Source: Aggregatilinea sp. (lineage in GTDB: Bacteria > Chloroflexota > Anaerolineae > Aggregatilineales > Aggregatilineaceae). From it: a stretch of DNA of 64,000 bases. The position numbers and the translations under genes are program-made. The DNA lies in the NCBI RefSeq assembly GCF_036822615.1, contig NZ_DAISHJ010000015.1:7658-71657 (forward strand), given 5' to 3'. Shown one piece after another: positions 44,612 through 54,050 of this stretch (positions within the stretch are counted from its first letter, which is position 1; every line of letters starts with the position of its first letter). The notes beneath the pieces were generated by a model. That model saw only the letters and a list, made by a program, of their open reading frames with translations, did no database searches and was not told the DNA's origin.

Positions 44612-46915
44612 TTAGCCGAAGCGCAGCGCCCCCGTCGGCTCGGCGGAAAGATCGACGCGCTCGCCCAGCACGCCCGACGGCCCCAGCCGCACCGGGATCT
44701 CCGCCCCGGCGCGCACGTAGACCGGGATGCGTTCCAGTGGCGCAGGGACGTCGAACGCCCGCCCGCCCGCAGCCCGTTTGCCGGTCCACAGGTCGAACCA
44801 GTCCCCGGCGGGCAGCGTGACGCGTAACGTCTCCGCGCCCGGCTCCGTGACCGGGAACACCAGCAGGTCGCGCCCGAAGAAGTACGCGTAGGGCGACGCA
44901 TCTCGCTCGGTGAGCGCCAGCGCGCGCATCATCGGCTCGCCGGTTGCGGCGGCGTGCTGCGCTTCCTGCCAGATGTACGGCATCAGGTTGTGCCGCGCAT
45001 TGACGAAGAACCGGAAGGCCGGGATCACGCGCTCGTTGCCGCTGAGCGTCTGGATGTTCCACGGCGTGCGGTCGCGCGGGGCGCGGTGCTGGTTGAACTC
45101 CGAATGGTACTGCATGATCGGGCAGAAGGCGGCCATCGCCGCGCCGCGCAGATACAGCTCCGCGCCGGGCGGTTCGCCGCTGAAGCCGCCGAGATCCCAG
45201 CCCCAGAACGGGATGCCGGAGATTCCCGCCGACAGCCCCGCCAGGATCGAGTGGCGGTAGGCGTCCCAGGTCGAGTTTTCGTCCCCGGCCCAGTGCGTTG
45301 GGCTGCGCTGCGACCCGGTGAACCCGGCGCGGCTGAAGGTCAGCGCGTCGCCGCCGCGTTTTTTGATGGTGAAGTTGTAGTACGCCTCGATGTAGCGCTG
45401 CGGGTATTCGTTCCAGACTTCCGCGCCGCTGCGCCCGTCCGAGAAGATCACCGATTCGCCCCACAAATGCTCGCCGCCGTCGGTCTTGAAGCCGTCCACG
45501 CCCATGTCTTCCAGCAGGTAGGCGCGTTTGTTCAGCCACCACTCGTTCGCGGCGGCATTGGTCGGGTCCCACAGGTAGCCGTTGCGGAACCAGAACGGCT
45601 TGACGCGGTACAGGCTGCCATCCGGTTCGCGCACGCCGAAGCCGGACGCCTCGAAGTGCGCGCGATCGGCATCGTGCTGCGCGTGCGGGCCTTCCGGCGC
45701 TTTGATCACCGGGATCTGCCACAGCACCAGCCGGATGCCGTGCGCGTGCAGCCAGTCGGTCATCGCTTTTGGATCCGGCCATTTCCCTTCCGCCGGGAAG
45801 GTGAAGTCCTCGTAGCGGAACGCCCGGTCGCCGGGGATGGCCTCGTACTGTGCGTCGTTCCAGATGTAAAACGTGGTCTCGTCGCTCCACGCCTCAATCA
45901 CCAGCACGCTCGGCTGGATGTCATGCGCCAGCGATTCCTGTGCCACGTCCATCACGCGCGCCTGTGTATTCCACTCGTTGCCGCTCATCCACAGCCCGAA
46001 CGTCCATAGCGGCGGCAGCGCGGCGGGGCCGGTCGCGCGGGCGAACTGTCCCGTGATGGCGACCGGATCGTCGCCCGTGTACCACGTTAGGTCGAGCCTT
46101 TCGTCTGTGCCCAGGTCGGCTTCCACCGTCCAGCAGTCCGGCGCGGACGCGGCCAGATCGAACTGCATCCAGCGGCTGCTTTGCACGTAGACGCCGTACC
46201 CTGCCGAGGACAGCAGGAACGGGATCGGCATATAGGTGCGCTTGCCCTGGCTTTTGTACTGCTCGTAGCAGCGCACGTCGAGCACCTCGCCGCGCTGATC
46301 GAGCGCGTTGAAGCGTTCGCCCAGGCCGTAAAAGCCCTCGTCCGTCGCGGCGGCGAAGCTCAGGCGCACGCGGCGCGCGCGCTGCCCGTCCGTCAGCCAC
46401 TCGACGCCGAGCAGCCGGGGCAGGCGCGGATCGTCGGGTGTTTGCCGGGTGTCACCGCCCCGCGCGGCCCGCACCGTGATCGCGCCGTCTTCGATCTGCT
46501 GGAGCGCCAGCACAGGATCGGGATCGGCAGTCCACGCCTCGCCGACCAGCGCAAAGCGCGGTGTGCTGGCTCCGGCGGCCTCGGCCCAATACGTCAGCGT
46601 GTGGCCCTGGGCGGGCGCGGTCAGCGCCGCCTGCCATACGTCCTGCTCGACGCGCACCATGCGCTCCAAAAATTCCGCGCCCGCGCCTTCTTCGCGTTCC
46701 TGCTGCCAGTGCGGTTGTTTCACAGCGTCGATAGGCTGCGCCGGGTCGTCGTCCACGCAGGCGAACACCTGCAGCCCTTCGACCGCGCCGGGCGGGCGCG
46801 TCACGATGCCCACGGTAAAGGCTTCCCCGGCCAGCGGCTGGCGCGGGACTCGTTCTTCCGGCCCCTGTTCGTAGGGATGTTCCTGGCCGGAGGGGAGATG
46901 AAAGATCTCGATCAT
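44612..46915 (-). CDS. Glycoside hydrolase family 31 (alpha-glucosidase/alpha-xylosidase-like), cytoplasmic
   Basis: GVDGFKTDGGEHLWG is the nucleophile region and WAGDENSTWDAY is also present. The start overlaps the GH15 stop (ATGA). Confidence 0.9.
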   Translation of the reverse strand: MIEIFHLPSGQEHPYEQGPEERVPRQPLAGEAFTVGIVTRPPGAVEGLQVFACVDDDPAQPIDAVKQPHWQQEREEGAGAEFLERMVRVEQDVWQAALTAPAQGHTLTYWAEAAGASTPRFALVGEAWTADPDPVLALQQIEDGAITVRAARGGDTRQTPDDPRLPRLLGVEWLTDGQRARRVRLSFAAATDEGFYGLGERFNALDQRGEVLDVRCYEQYKSQGKRTYMPIPFLLSSAGYGVYVQSSRWMQFDLAASAPDCWTVEADLGTDERLDLTWYTGDDPVAITGQFARATGPAALPPLWTFGLWMSGNEWNTQARVMDVAQESLAHDIQPSVLVIEAWSDETTFYIWNDAQYEAIPGDRAFRYEDFTFPAEGKWPDPKAMTDWLHAHGIRLVLWQIPVIKAPEGPHAQHDADRAHFEASGFGVREPDGSLYRVKPFWFRNGYLWDPTNAAANEWWLNKRAYLLEDMGVDGFKTDGGEHLWGESVIFSDGRSGAEVWNEYPQRYIEAYYNFTIKKRGGDALTFSRAGFTGSQRSPTHWAGDENSTWDAYRHSILAGLSAGISGIPFWGWDLGGFSGEPPGAELYLRGAAMAAFCPIMQYHSEFNQHRAPRDRTPWNIQTLSGNERVIPAFRFFVNARHNLMPYIWQEAQHAAATGEPMMRALALTERDASPYAYFFGRDLLVFPVTEPGAETLRVTLPAGDWFDLWTGKRAAGGRAFDVPAPLERIPVYVRAGAEIPVRLGPSGVLGERVDLSAEPTGALRFG

Positions 46916-47988
46916 GTGTGTTTATCCAAAAGTGAATGAACGACCAGAACCATCGCGTGGGACCATAACAGCGGGCTGGCGGGTGATCCCCACTTCGCTT
47001 CCCACTCGGGGTAATAACTTGCGTCGCGCATGTGATCGGCTACCTGTTCCGGCAGCTCGCCCGCCTCATTCGCCTGCGCCTCGATCCAGCGCATCAGGCC
47101 GCGCGCCTCGTCGATCCGGCCCAGCTCGACGTACATCCACGCCAGCCACGCCGTCAGCAGAATCCACTCGCCGCCACCGTAGTACGTGTCCGCCGCATAG
47201 CGGTACACGCCGCCGCCGGGCACCAGCAGATCGCGCTCGATTTTCGCCAGCGTGCGCGCGAAGATCGGGTCGCGGGCGTCTACCAGCCCGTAGGGCACGG
47301 CGGTCCACAGCAGGCTGGCGTCCACGGCGGGATTCTCGTGCGTCTTCTGTAAATAGCCTTCCGGTGCGAGGCAGTGTTCCAGCGTGTAGGTGCGGATCTG
47401 CTCCAGCAGGCCGTCCGGCACGAGTGCGGAGTCCACAGCGCGCACGGCGATCAGACCGCCGTAGATCGCGGCCAGGGTGCTGGTGTGGATCTGGTCGCGG
47501 GCTTCTTCCCAGCAGTCGTAGTTGGGGCTGCTCCACAGCGCGGCTAGGTAGCGCACCGTCAGCCGGATCGCGGGGACCGATGCGTCCCACAGCGCCGTGT
47601 CGCCCGTCAGCTTGACATGCTCGGCCAGCCCCCACAGCCACGTGCCGTAGCCGTCGAGCTGGAAATCCCACCAGAAGTCCATGCCCAGATCGCCGTCGAG
47701 CGTGAAGCGCGTCGGCAGATAGTCGGTCTCGTCGGGCGTTTCGCCTTGCGCGAGCTTATCGAGCAGGGCGTTCAGGCGATCTTCGTGCTTGACCAGCGTG
47801 CGCCCGGCCCAGACGTAAAAGGCGCGGCTGGAGTCGTGCAGCCCGGCGCAGTCCATGCCATAGGCGACCCATGCGCCGTCGCGCAGCCAGGCGTAGCCGT
47901 ACTGCGAAAACGTGGGAGAGGCGACGTATGCGCCGCTGGGGGCCTGCCCCGCGCGGATGATCTCGATGCTGGATTGAATGAGGTTCAT
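46912..47988 (-). CDS. Glycoside hydrolase family 15 (glucoamylase-like catalytic barrel only)
   Basis: GAYVASPTFSQYGYAWLRDGAW, with repeated (alpha/alpha)6-barrel-like Trp-rich segments. Confidence 0.85.
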   Translation of the reverse strand: MNLIQSSIEIIRAGQAPSGAYVASPTFSQYGYAWLRDGAWVAYGMDCAGLHDSSRAFYVWAGRTLVKHEDRLNALLDKLAQGETPDETDYLPTRFTLDGDLGMDFWWDFQLDGYGTWLWGLAEHVKLTGDTALWDASVPAIRLTVRYLAALWSSPNYDCWEEARDQIHTSTLAAIYGGLIAVRAVDSALVPDGLLEQIRTYTLEHCLAPEGYLQKTHENPAVDASLLWTAVPYGLVDARDPIFARTLAKIERDLLVPGGGVYRYAADTYYGGGEWILLTAWLAWMYVELGRIDEARGLMRWIEAQANEAGELPEQVADHMRDASYYPEWEAKWGSPASPLLWSHAMVLVVHSLLDKHT

Positions 47989-48065
47989 GGTTTCGTCACG
48001 GGATTAGTGGAGGCAGGCGGGCGGCGGCAGGGCACGCGCCCCGCCGCCGCATCGGTTACGGGAGA

Positions 48066-49295
48066 TTACTGAAGCAGACCGTCGATCTGTTCCTTCGCCA
48101 TGTCGAGGGCGCTCTGCGGATCAAGCTCGCCCATTTCGGCAGCGGTCAGAAGCTGATTGAGATCGTCCTGCATTTCGGTCTGGCGCTCGATGACGGGCGG
48201 CGTTACCGGGCTTTCGAGGGCCTGGAAGACGGCTTCGCGGTTATCGGGCGGAGTCTGCTCAAGGTAGGCTGCGACGTATTCCGGCGCGTCGATGGCGGGC
48301 AGTTCCCACCCCGCATCGATGCGGACGGTCGCAGCGATCTCGCTGGAGGTCAGGAACTGCGCCCAGGCGGCGGCTTCTTCGGGGTGCTCGCTGTCGGCGG
48401 AGACGGCCACGCCGTTGGCGAAGAAGTGATGCGCCTTCTGCGCCGCGCCCGGCTCAAGCTGGATGTCCCACGCGAAGGGCGCGTCCGCGAAGGCGGCGAA
48501 CTGCCAGATGCCGATCACGTCCATGCCCAGCTTGCCCTGCAGGAACAGCTCTTCGTTGGCGACACCCGCCAGTTCGGTCTGGTCCGGCATGACGTCTTCG
48601 TTCACGAAGCTGACCATCGTCTCCAGCGCCGTGACGCATTCCGGCGAGTTGATGGTCGATTCGGTCATGTCCGCGTTGAAGAACGCGCAGTTGTTCTGGG
48701 CGGCCTTCTTGTAGAATTCCCAGAACTGGATCGGGGAGTAGATGCCCCACACGTCGTCGCCCAGCGCGCGGATAGACTGCGCGGCGGCCATGGCGTCGTC
48801 CCAGGTCCATTCGGCGGTCGGATAGTCGATCCCGGCCTGGTCGAACAGGTCCTTGTTGTAGAACAACAGCACGGTCGAGAACGACTCGGGCAGGGCGTAC
48901 TGCGCGCCATCGACCTGGAAGGCTTCCAGAGCGCGGGGATAGTACGGCGCGTCGGTGCTGACGTAGGGCGACAGGTCCAACAGCACGTCGTTGGCCGCGT
49001 AGCTGACGAAGTTCTCGAAGTTCAGCTCGAACACGTCCGGCGCGTCGCCGCCGACCAGATCGGCTTCCAGCAGGGTGAAGTAATCCGCGAACGGCGCGCT
49101 GGACACTTCGATGGTGATGTTCGGGTTTTCGGCCTCGAACGCGTCGATGATCGTTTGCAGATCTTCGACGTGATCCGGGTCGGACGAGAAGTTATAGTAG
49201 CGGATGGTTACCGAATCCTGCGCCAGTGCGGACGCGGGCACGAGCGCGGCCAGCATCACCACGACGAGCAGAGTCACTAAACCTTTACGAAGCAT
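48066..49295 (-). CDS. ABC transporter sugar-binding protein
   Basis: Signal peptide MLRKGLVTLLVVVMLAALVPASALAQ. An AGGAG SD lies 7 nt before ATG 49295. The longer track ORF overlaps the upstream permease. Confidence 0.9.
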   Translation of the reverse strand: MLRKGLVTLLVVVMLAALVPASALAQDSVTIRYYNFSSDPDHVEDLQTIIDAFEAENPNITIEVSSAPFADYFTLLEADLVGGDAPDVFELNFENFVSYAANDVLLDLSPYVSTDAPYYPRALEAFQVDGAQYALPESFSTVLLFYNKDLFDQAGIDYPTAEWTWDDAMAAAQSIRALGDDVWGIYSPIQFWEFYKKAAQNNCAFFNADMTESTINSPECVTALETMVSFVNEDVMPDQTELAGVANEELFLQGKLGMDVIGIWQFAAFADAPFAWDIQLEPGAAQKAHHFFANGVAVSADSEHPEEAAAWAQFLTSSEIAATVRIDAGWELPAIDAPEYVAAYLEQTPPDNREAVFQALESPVTPPVIERQTEMQDDLNQLLTAAEMGELDPQSALDMAKEQIDGLLQ

Positions 49296-49378
49296 TGCAT
49301 TTCTCCTGTTTTCTAATTTGTTTGACATGCTGCGAACTCTTGAGACGTGCTGTACCTTACGGGACGGGCGCGACCGGA

Positions 49379-50263
49379 TCAGCCCTTGATGCCGCTCAGC
49401 GTCACGCTGCGGACGAACCACTTCTGCGCGAACAGATAGGCGATCAAGATCGGCAGCACGGTCACGACGGCGCCTGCCATGACGACGTTCCACTGCGTCA
49501 GTGCCCTGGGACCTCCTTGTAACTTTGCCAGCCCGACCGGCAGCGTCATGAAGATTTCCTGACGCGCCACGAACAGGGGCCAGAGATACGCGTTCCAGTA
49601 CTGCATGAAGCTCAACACCGCCAGCGTCGCCAACGCGGGGCGCGTGAGCGGCAGGATGATGCGCCAGAAAATGGTGAGGTGGTTCGCGCCGTCAATGAAG
49701 GCGGCTTCTTCCAGGTCGCGGGGCAGGCTCAGGAACGCCTGCCGCAGCAAAAACGTGCCGAACGCGCTGAACAGGCCGGGCAGGATCAGGCCCTGGTAGC
49801 TGTTCACCCATCCCAACTGCCGGATGAGGATGAACAGCGGGATCAGCGTCACCTGGCTGGGGACCATCATCGTGCCCAGATAGAGCAGAAAGACGATCTC
49901 GCGCCCACGCCACTCGATCCGCGCGAAGGCGTACGCCGCCATTGCAGACACCAGCACCTGCCCGCCCGCGCCCGCGATGGCGACGAACAGGCTGTTGCCC
50001 AACATGCGCTGCATCGGCATCAGGTCGAACAGCGTGCGATAGCTGTCGAGCGTCGCTGGGTTCGGAATGAACTGCGGCGTGACGCTGAGGATGTACTCGG
50101 TTGGTTTGAGCGACGTGCTCAGCATCCACGCGAACGGGATCAGCATCACCAGCGCCAGCACAATCAGCACGGCGTAATACAGCAGATCGACGATCCACCG
50201 GGTCGGGTGCAGCCGGATCGCGCCGGGCGCGGCGGCTGCGTGAGAAAGCTGGCTCTCGGTCAT
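49379..50263 (-). CDS. Carbohydrate ABC transporter permease (MalG type)
   Basis: LIPFAWMLSTSLKP and EAAFIDGANHLTIFWRIILPLTRP. ATG 50263 overlaps the upstream stop (ATGA). It sits inside the chimeric track ORF 49379..51166. Confidence 0.9.
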   Translation of the reverse strand: MTESQLSHAAAAPGAIRLHPTRWIVDLLYYAVLIVLALVMLIPFAWMLSTSLKPTEYILSVTPQFIPNPATLDSYRTLFDLMPMQRMLGNSLFVAIAGAGGQVLVSAMAAYAFARIEWRGREIVFLLYLGTMMVPSQVTLIPLFILIRQLGWVNSYQGLILPGLFSAFGTFLLRQAFLSLPRDLEEAAFIDGANHLTIFWRIILPLTRPALATLAVLSFMQYWNAYLWPLFVARQEIFMTLPVGLAKLQGGPRALTQWNVVMAGAVVTVLPILIAYLFAQKWFVRSVTLSGIKG

Positions 50264-51144
50264 AGGTCGTAATGCACCCATCGTTTTTGCAGCCGGATCT
50301 GGACGAGCGTGATGGCGAAGATGACGGCGAACAGCACCCACGACATCGCCGCCGCGTAGCCCATGCGGTTGTAGCGGAAGGCGTAGTTGACGATCTGCTC
50401 CACGACGACGCTGGTCCCGGTGCGCGCGTAGTCTTCGGGCATCAGCCACGCCTGCTCGAACACCTGGAACGAGTTGATCAGGGAGATAATCAGCGCGAAG
50501 AACGTGGTCGGCGTCAGCAGCGGCAGGGTGATGTGGCGCAGCCGCTGCATCATCTGCGCGCCGTCGATCTTGGCCGCTTCGTAGTAACTTTCGTCGATGC
50601 CTTGCAGGCCGGAGAGGAACATCACCGTGATGAAGCCGATGTCCTTCCAGATGCCTGCGATGATGATCGCGTACAGTGCCGTGTCGGGGTCGAACAGCCA
50701 GTTCGGCCCGGTGATCCCGATCTGCGCCAGAGCGTAGTTCAGCAGGCCGTAGCGCGGGTTGAAGATCCACTTCCACATCAGCGAGACGACCACCCACGAC
50801 GACACGACCGGCACGAACGTCACCGCGCGGAAGAACGATACGCCGTGCAGAGGCCGGTTGAGCAGCAGCGAGACGCCCAGCGCCAGCAGCAGCACGAACG
50901 GCGTATAGATCATGATGTACGTCAGCGTGTGCTTGAACGCCGCCCAGAATTCCGCGTCGTGATAGAGTTCCTTGAAGTTGTCCAGACCCACGTAGACCGG
51001 ATCGGACAGCAGATTCCAGTCGAACAGCGTCAGACGCAGCGAATAGAGCAGCGGGCCGACCATGAACACCAGCAGCCCGATCAGGCTTGGGGAGAGGAAG
51101 AAGATCACCCACTTCCACTTGTGTATGCCGTGATTGCCTGCCAC
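50260..51144 (-). CDS. Carbohydrate ABC transporter permease (MalF type)
   Basis: WVIFFLSPSLIGLLVFMVGPLLYS and EAAKIDGAQMMQRLRHITLPLL. Confidence 0.9.
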   Translation of the reverse strand: MAGNHGIHKWKWVIFFLSPSLIGLLVFMVGPLLYSLRLTLFDWNLLSDPVYVGLDNFKELYHDAEFWAAFKHTLTYIMIYTPFVLLLALGVSLLLNRPLHGVSFFRAVTFVPVVSSWVVVSLMWKWIFNPRYGLLNYALAQIGITGPNWLFDPDTALYAIIIAGIWKDIGFITVMFLSGLQGIDESYYEAAKIDGAQMMQRLRHITLPLLTPTTFFALIISLINSFQVFEQAWLMPEDYARTGTSVVVEQIVNYAFRYNRMGYAAAMSWVLFAVIFAITLVQIRLQKRWVHYDL

Positions 51145-51193
51145 GATCCGTGACTTCTTTCTTCACTCACTAAAGAAACTTTGGCAAAAAACG

Positions 51194-52417
51194 TTACGAT
51201 GCCGGTTGGCTTTCGATGCGTTCCAGCAGCGGCGACTCGAACAGCTTGCCGACCACCAATCCCGCCGCGCCGCGTGCCCAGATCTGGTCGTCGGTCGGCT
51301 TGACCACGATCTGCACATTGTCCAGCAGGCCGTTAAACGTATGCTTGCGCAGGCTCTCGAACATCGGCTTGAGCCGGTGATCGCCCGCTGCAACGCCTTC
51401 ACCGCTGATGATCAGCAGCGACGGGCACAGCAAATTGATCACGGTGGCGAAGCCGATGCCCAGGTAATGCCCGCTGCGGGCCAGCGCGTCCTGCGCCAGC
51501 GGATCGCCTTCATCCGCCGCGCGCACGATGTCCCCCATGCTGGGCGACGGCGCGAGGCTGGTGCGTGCGCCGCGCATCAGTGCGCTTTCCACGTCCCCGA
51601 TCACGGCGGGGTCGGCGGCCATTGCTTCCAGGCAGCCGTATTTCCCGCACGCGCAGCGCGGGCCGTTCTCGTTGATGGTGACGTGCCCCAGTTCCCCGAC
51701 GCCGCCGTGCACGCCCTGGTACAACTGGTGATTGAGCACCGTGCCCATACCGATGCCGCGCCCGACCGTCACCACCACGAAGTTCGGCACGGAATGCCCC
51801 GGCCCGAACAACTGCTCGGTGATGGTCAGCGTGTTGACGTCGTTTTCGAGGTAAACGGGCAGGGCCAGCCGTGCGGCGACGAGGTCGGCCAGGGGCACGT
51901 TGCGCCACTGGAAAAACGGCGAATAGTGCACGACGCCGCTGGCGCAGTCGATGACGCCCGCCAACCCGATCCCCACGCCGAACACGCGCGCCGACGGGAT
52001 GTTGGCCTCGGCCAGCGCCTGCGTGACGGTTTCGGCCAGCTCCGCGCTGACCGTCTGCGGCGTGGTATCGGGCGACATGGGCCGTTCGGCATAGGTCAGC
52101 ACCGTGGTTTCCAGGTCGGTCACGGCGCACACCACTCGGTCTTCCATCAGCTTGAGGCCGACGACGTACCCGGCGGTGGGGTTGAGCCGCAGCAGGACCT
52201 GGCGGCGTCCCCCGGTGGATTCGCTTTCACCGACTTCGATCAGCCAGCCTTCGTGCAGCAGCTCGTTGACCAGCTGCGACACCGCCCCGACGCTGAGGCC
52301 GGAAATGTGCGTGACCTGCGTGCGTGACAGGGGGCCTTCGCTCCTGACGATGTTCAGGATCAGGTTGCGGTTGAGTGCTTTGATGAGGTCGCGGTTCGCG
52401 CGGCGAGGCTGGTTCAT
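51194..52417 (-). CDS. ROK-family transcriptional regulator (NagC/XylR-like)
   Basis: The N-terminal wHTH is NRNLILNIVRSEGPLSRTQVTHISGLSVGAVSQLVNEL. The ROK Zn motif is GHVTINENGPRCACGKYGCLE. Confidence 0.9.
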   Translation of the reverse strand: MNQPRRANRDLIKALNRNLILNIVRSEGPLSRTQVTHISGLSVGAVSQLVNELLHEGWLIEVGESESTGGRRQVLLRLNPTAGYVVGLKLMEDRVVCAVTDLETTVLTYAERPMSPDTTPQTVSAELAETVTQALAEANIPSARVFGVGIGLAGVIDCASGVVHYSPFFQWRNVPLADLVAARLALPVYLENDVNTLTITEQLFGPGHSVPNFVVVTVGRGIGMGTVLNHQLYQGVHGGVGELGHVTINENGPRCACGKYGCLEAMAADPAVIGDVESALMRGARTSLAPSPSMGDIVRAADEGDPLAQDALARSGHYLGIGFATVINLLCPSLLIISGEGVAAGDHRLKPMFESLRKHTFNGLLDNVQIVVKPTDDQIWARGAAGLVVGKLFESPLLERIESQPAS

Positions 52418-52518
52418 GAGCTTTTCAGTCAGCTACTTTTATCAGTCAGTGAAATAAGTTGACCTAAGCATACGCCCGATTGAGGGTGCTGTCAAGCAAG
52501 TGATCTGCGGGCGCATGT

Positions 52519-52645
52519 GATGCACTTTTCGGGTGAGGAAACTGGTTCCACCTTCACCCCTTACCCCAAGATCCGTAGGGGCGAGGCTTGCTCCGCCCGT
52601 TTTTTCGCGCAAAATGCCCCCTTCCCGCCGTTTGCATGGGGGATC
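52519..52645 (+). repeat. Mosaic intergenic repeat, copy 4
   Basis: ..TGCACTTTTCGGGTGAGGAAACTGGTTCCACCTTCACCCCTTACCCCAAGATCCGTAGGGGCGAGGCTTGCTCCGCCCGTTTTTT...CCCCCTTCCCGCCGTTTGCATGGGGG. Confidence 0.75.
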
Positions 52646-52683
52646 ATGTCCGGGGACGGGGGCCGTAATCGTGTTTCGCGCCT

Positions 52684-53598
52684 CTAACGCACCAGGAGAC
52701 GGTGCCACTCGGCGCGCATGATGCGGATGAACGCGGCAGTCGGCGGATCCGGCTCGCGCCCCGCCTGCCCGATCAGCACGACCTCGTTCGCCAGCGGCGG
52801 CATATCCTCGAAGTCGAGGAACATCAGGTTGCCCAACCCGACCTGCCGCGCCACGTACCCCTCGCTCAAAAACGCGATGCCCTGGCCCAGCACCAACGGG
52901 CGCAGAACCATCAGCGCGGGCAGTGTGATCACCGCGCCGCCGCTGCCCCGCCGGGCGTGCTCGCCGATGCCCTGGATGAACGCTGTCACGATGGGATTGA
53001 GCGTCGTGCGGAACAGCGTGTGGTCGTAAATATCCGCCACGTGGATCGGCTCGCCCGCCAACTGCTGCTGCGCGAGCGGGTGATCCGGCGCGCAGACGGG
53101 CCGGACCGCTTCGCGGAAGTGTGCGTAGACGGTCGTCGCCTTGTCCCACACCGGCGCGCTGAGCAGCCCCAGCATGGTCTCGCCGGAATGCAGCATCGCC
53201 AGGATTTCCGGCGAGCGCCGAGCCAGAAACGTGATGTCTACGGCGGGGTAGTCCGCGCGGAAGCGTTCCAGGGGCAGGGACAGCATATACGTGACCAACG
53301 GCGGCACCGCCGCGAGCCGGACGTGTCCCAGGCTGCCCTCGGCGGTGCGATGCGCGGCTTCGCGCCCGTCTTCCAGTGCACCGAGCGCGCGTTCGGCGTA
53401 GGGCAGATAGGCGCGCCCCAGCGGCGTCAGACGCAGCGACCGGCTGCCCCGTTCGAACACCGGTCCGCCAAGCTCCGTTTCCAGCAATGCGATGCGCGCG
53501 CTGACGGACGGCTGCGTCAGCCCCAACACGTCCGCGGCGCGGGTAAAACTCCGCTCGCGCGCGGCCAGCACGAACGCCTCGATTTGCGACAGCTCCAT
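52684..53598 (-). CDS. LysR-family transcriptional regulator
   Basis: MELSQIEAFVLAARERSFTRAADVLGLTQPSVSARI is the HTH. ATG 53598 is preceded by GGGAGGG. Confidence 0.9.
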   Translation of the reverse strand: MELSQIEAFVLAARERSFTRAADVLGLTQPSVSARIALLETELGGPVFERGSRSLRLTPLGRAYLPYAERALGALEDGREAAHRTAEGSLGHVRLAAVPPLVTYMLSLPLERFRADYPAVDITFLARRSPEILAMLHSGETMLGLLSAPVWDKATTVYAHFREAVRPVCAPDHPLAQQQLAGEPIHVADIYDHTLFRTTLNPIVTAFIQGIGEHARRGSGGAVITLPALMVLRPLVLGQGIAFLSEGYVARQVGLGNLMFLDFEDMPPLANEVVLIGQAGREPDPPTAAFIRIMRAEWHRLLVR

Positions 53599-53618
53599 AT
53601 ACCCTCCCATAGAAAACT

Positions 53619-53635
53619 TCTATGGAAACGATAGA
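53619..53635. promoter_or_regulatory. LysR-type T-N11-A box within TCTAT-N7-ATAGA
   Basis: A perfect 5-7-5 inverted repeat between the LysR start (53598) and the small ORF. A TATAGT -10-like hexamer lies at 53652-53657. Confidence 0.45.
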
Positions 53636-53709
53636 TTGCATTGCCTTCCATTATAGTGCGGCGTGCCGTACAGTGGAATCATCCGGGCTGCATGAAAGGA
53701 GGATATCCC

Positions 53710-53838
53710 ATGATCGCATGGCTGCGGCGGGTATTCCGCCGGATTTCAGCGCCGTGTTCCCGGCCCACGCCGGAACAGGCGCAGTCGGAGCAGTCGACGT
53801 TTTTCATGATGGAGATGCTGCTCCAACAGCGCCGCTAG
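53710..53838 (+). CDS. Candidate 42-aa small protein (MIAWLRRVFRRISAPCSRPTPEQAQSEQSTFFMMEMLLQQRR)
   Basis: An AAAGGAGGA SD lies 6 nt before the ATG. 34 of 42 codons end in G/C, like the flanking genes. It is followed by a hairpin plus T-run at 53874-53905 and is divergent from LysR, with a T-N11-A box in between. I recognise no homology. Confidence 0.35.
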   Translation: MIAWLRRVFRRISAPCSRPTPEQAQSEQSTFFMMEMLLQQRR

Positions 53839-53871
53839 TCGCTGTCAGGAGTGGTTGAACTCGAAGCGTTT

Positions 53872-53945
53872 TCGTAGGGGCGGGGCTTGCTCCGCCCGTT
53901 TTTGCGCTTGCTTTTTCCCCTTCCCACCGTGTGCATGGGGAACCG
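53872..53945 (+). repeat. Mosaic intergenic repeat, copy 5 (core plus 3' module)
   Basis: TCGTAGGGGCGGGGCTTGCTCCGCCCGTTTTTGCGC...CCCCTTCCCACCGTGTGCATGGGGAA. Confidence 0.7.
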
Positions 53946-53968
53946 TGCCAGGGGATGCGGGGCATTAT

Positions 53969-53996
53969 GTAGGGGCGTATCGCAATACGCCCCTAC
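53969..53996. repeat. GTAGGGGC-family hairpin
   Basis: GTAGGGGCGTATCGCAATACGCCCCTAC is a perfect palindrome. Confidence 0.7.
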
Positions 53997-54050
53997 CGGA
54001 AGGTACCGGATTGGATTCGTGCCGTTCGGCTAACAGCCAATTGCTAACCG

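Noticed and set aside
49379-51166. 595-aa ORF suggesting a single large protein
   Set aside because: Only its C-terminal 294 aa (from ATG 50263) is a MalG-type permease. The upstream part is an out-of-frame read through the real MalF-type gene (50260-51144).
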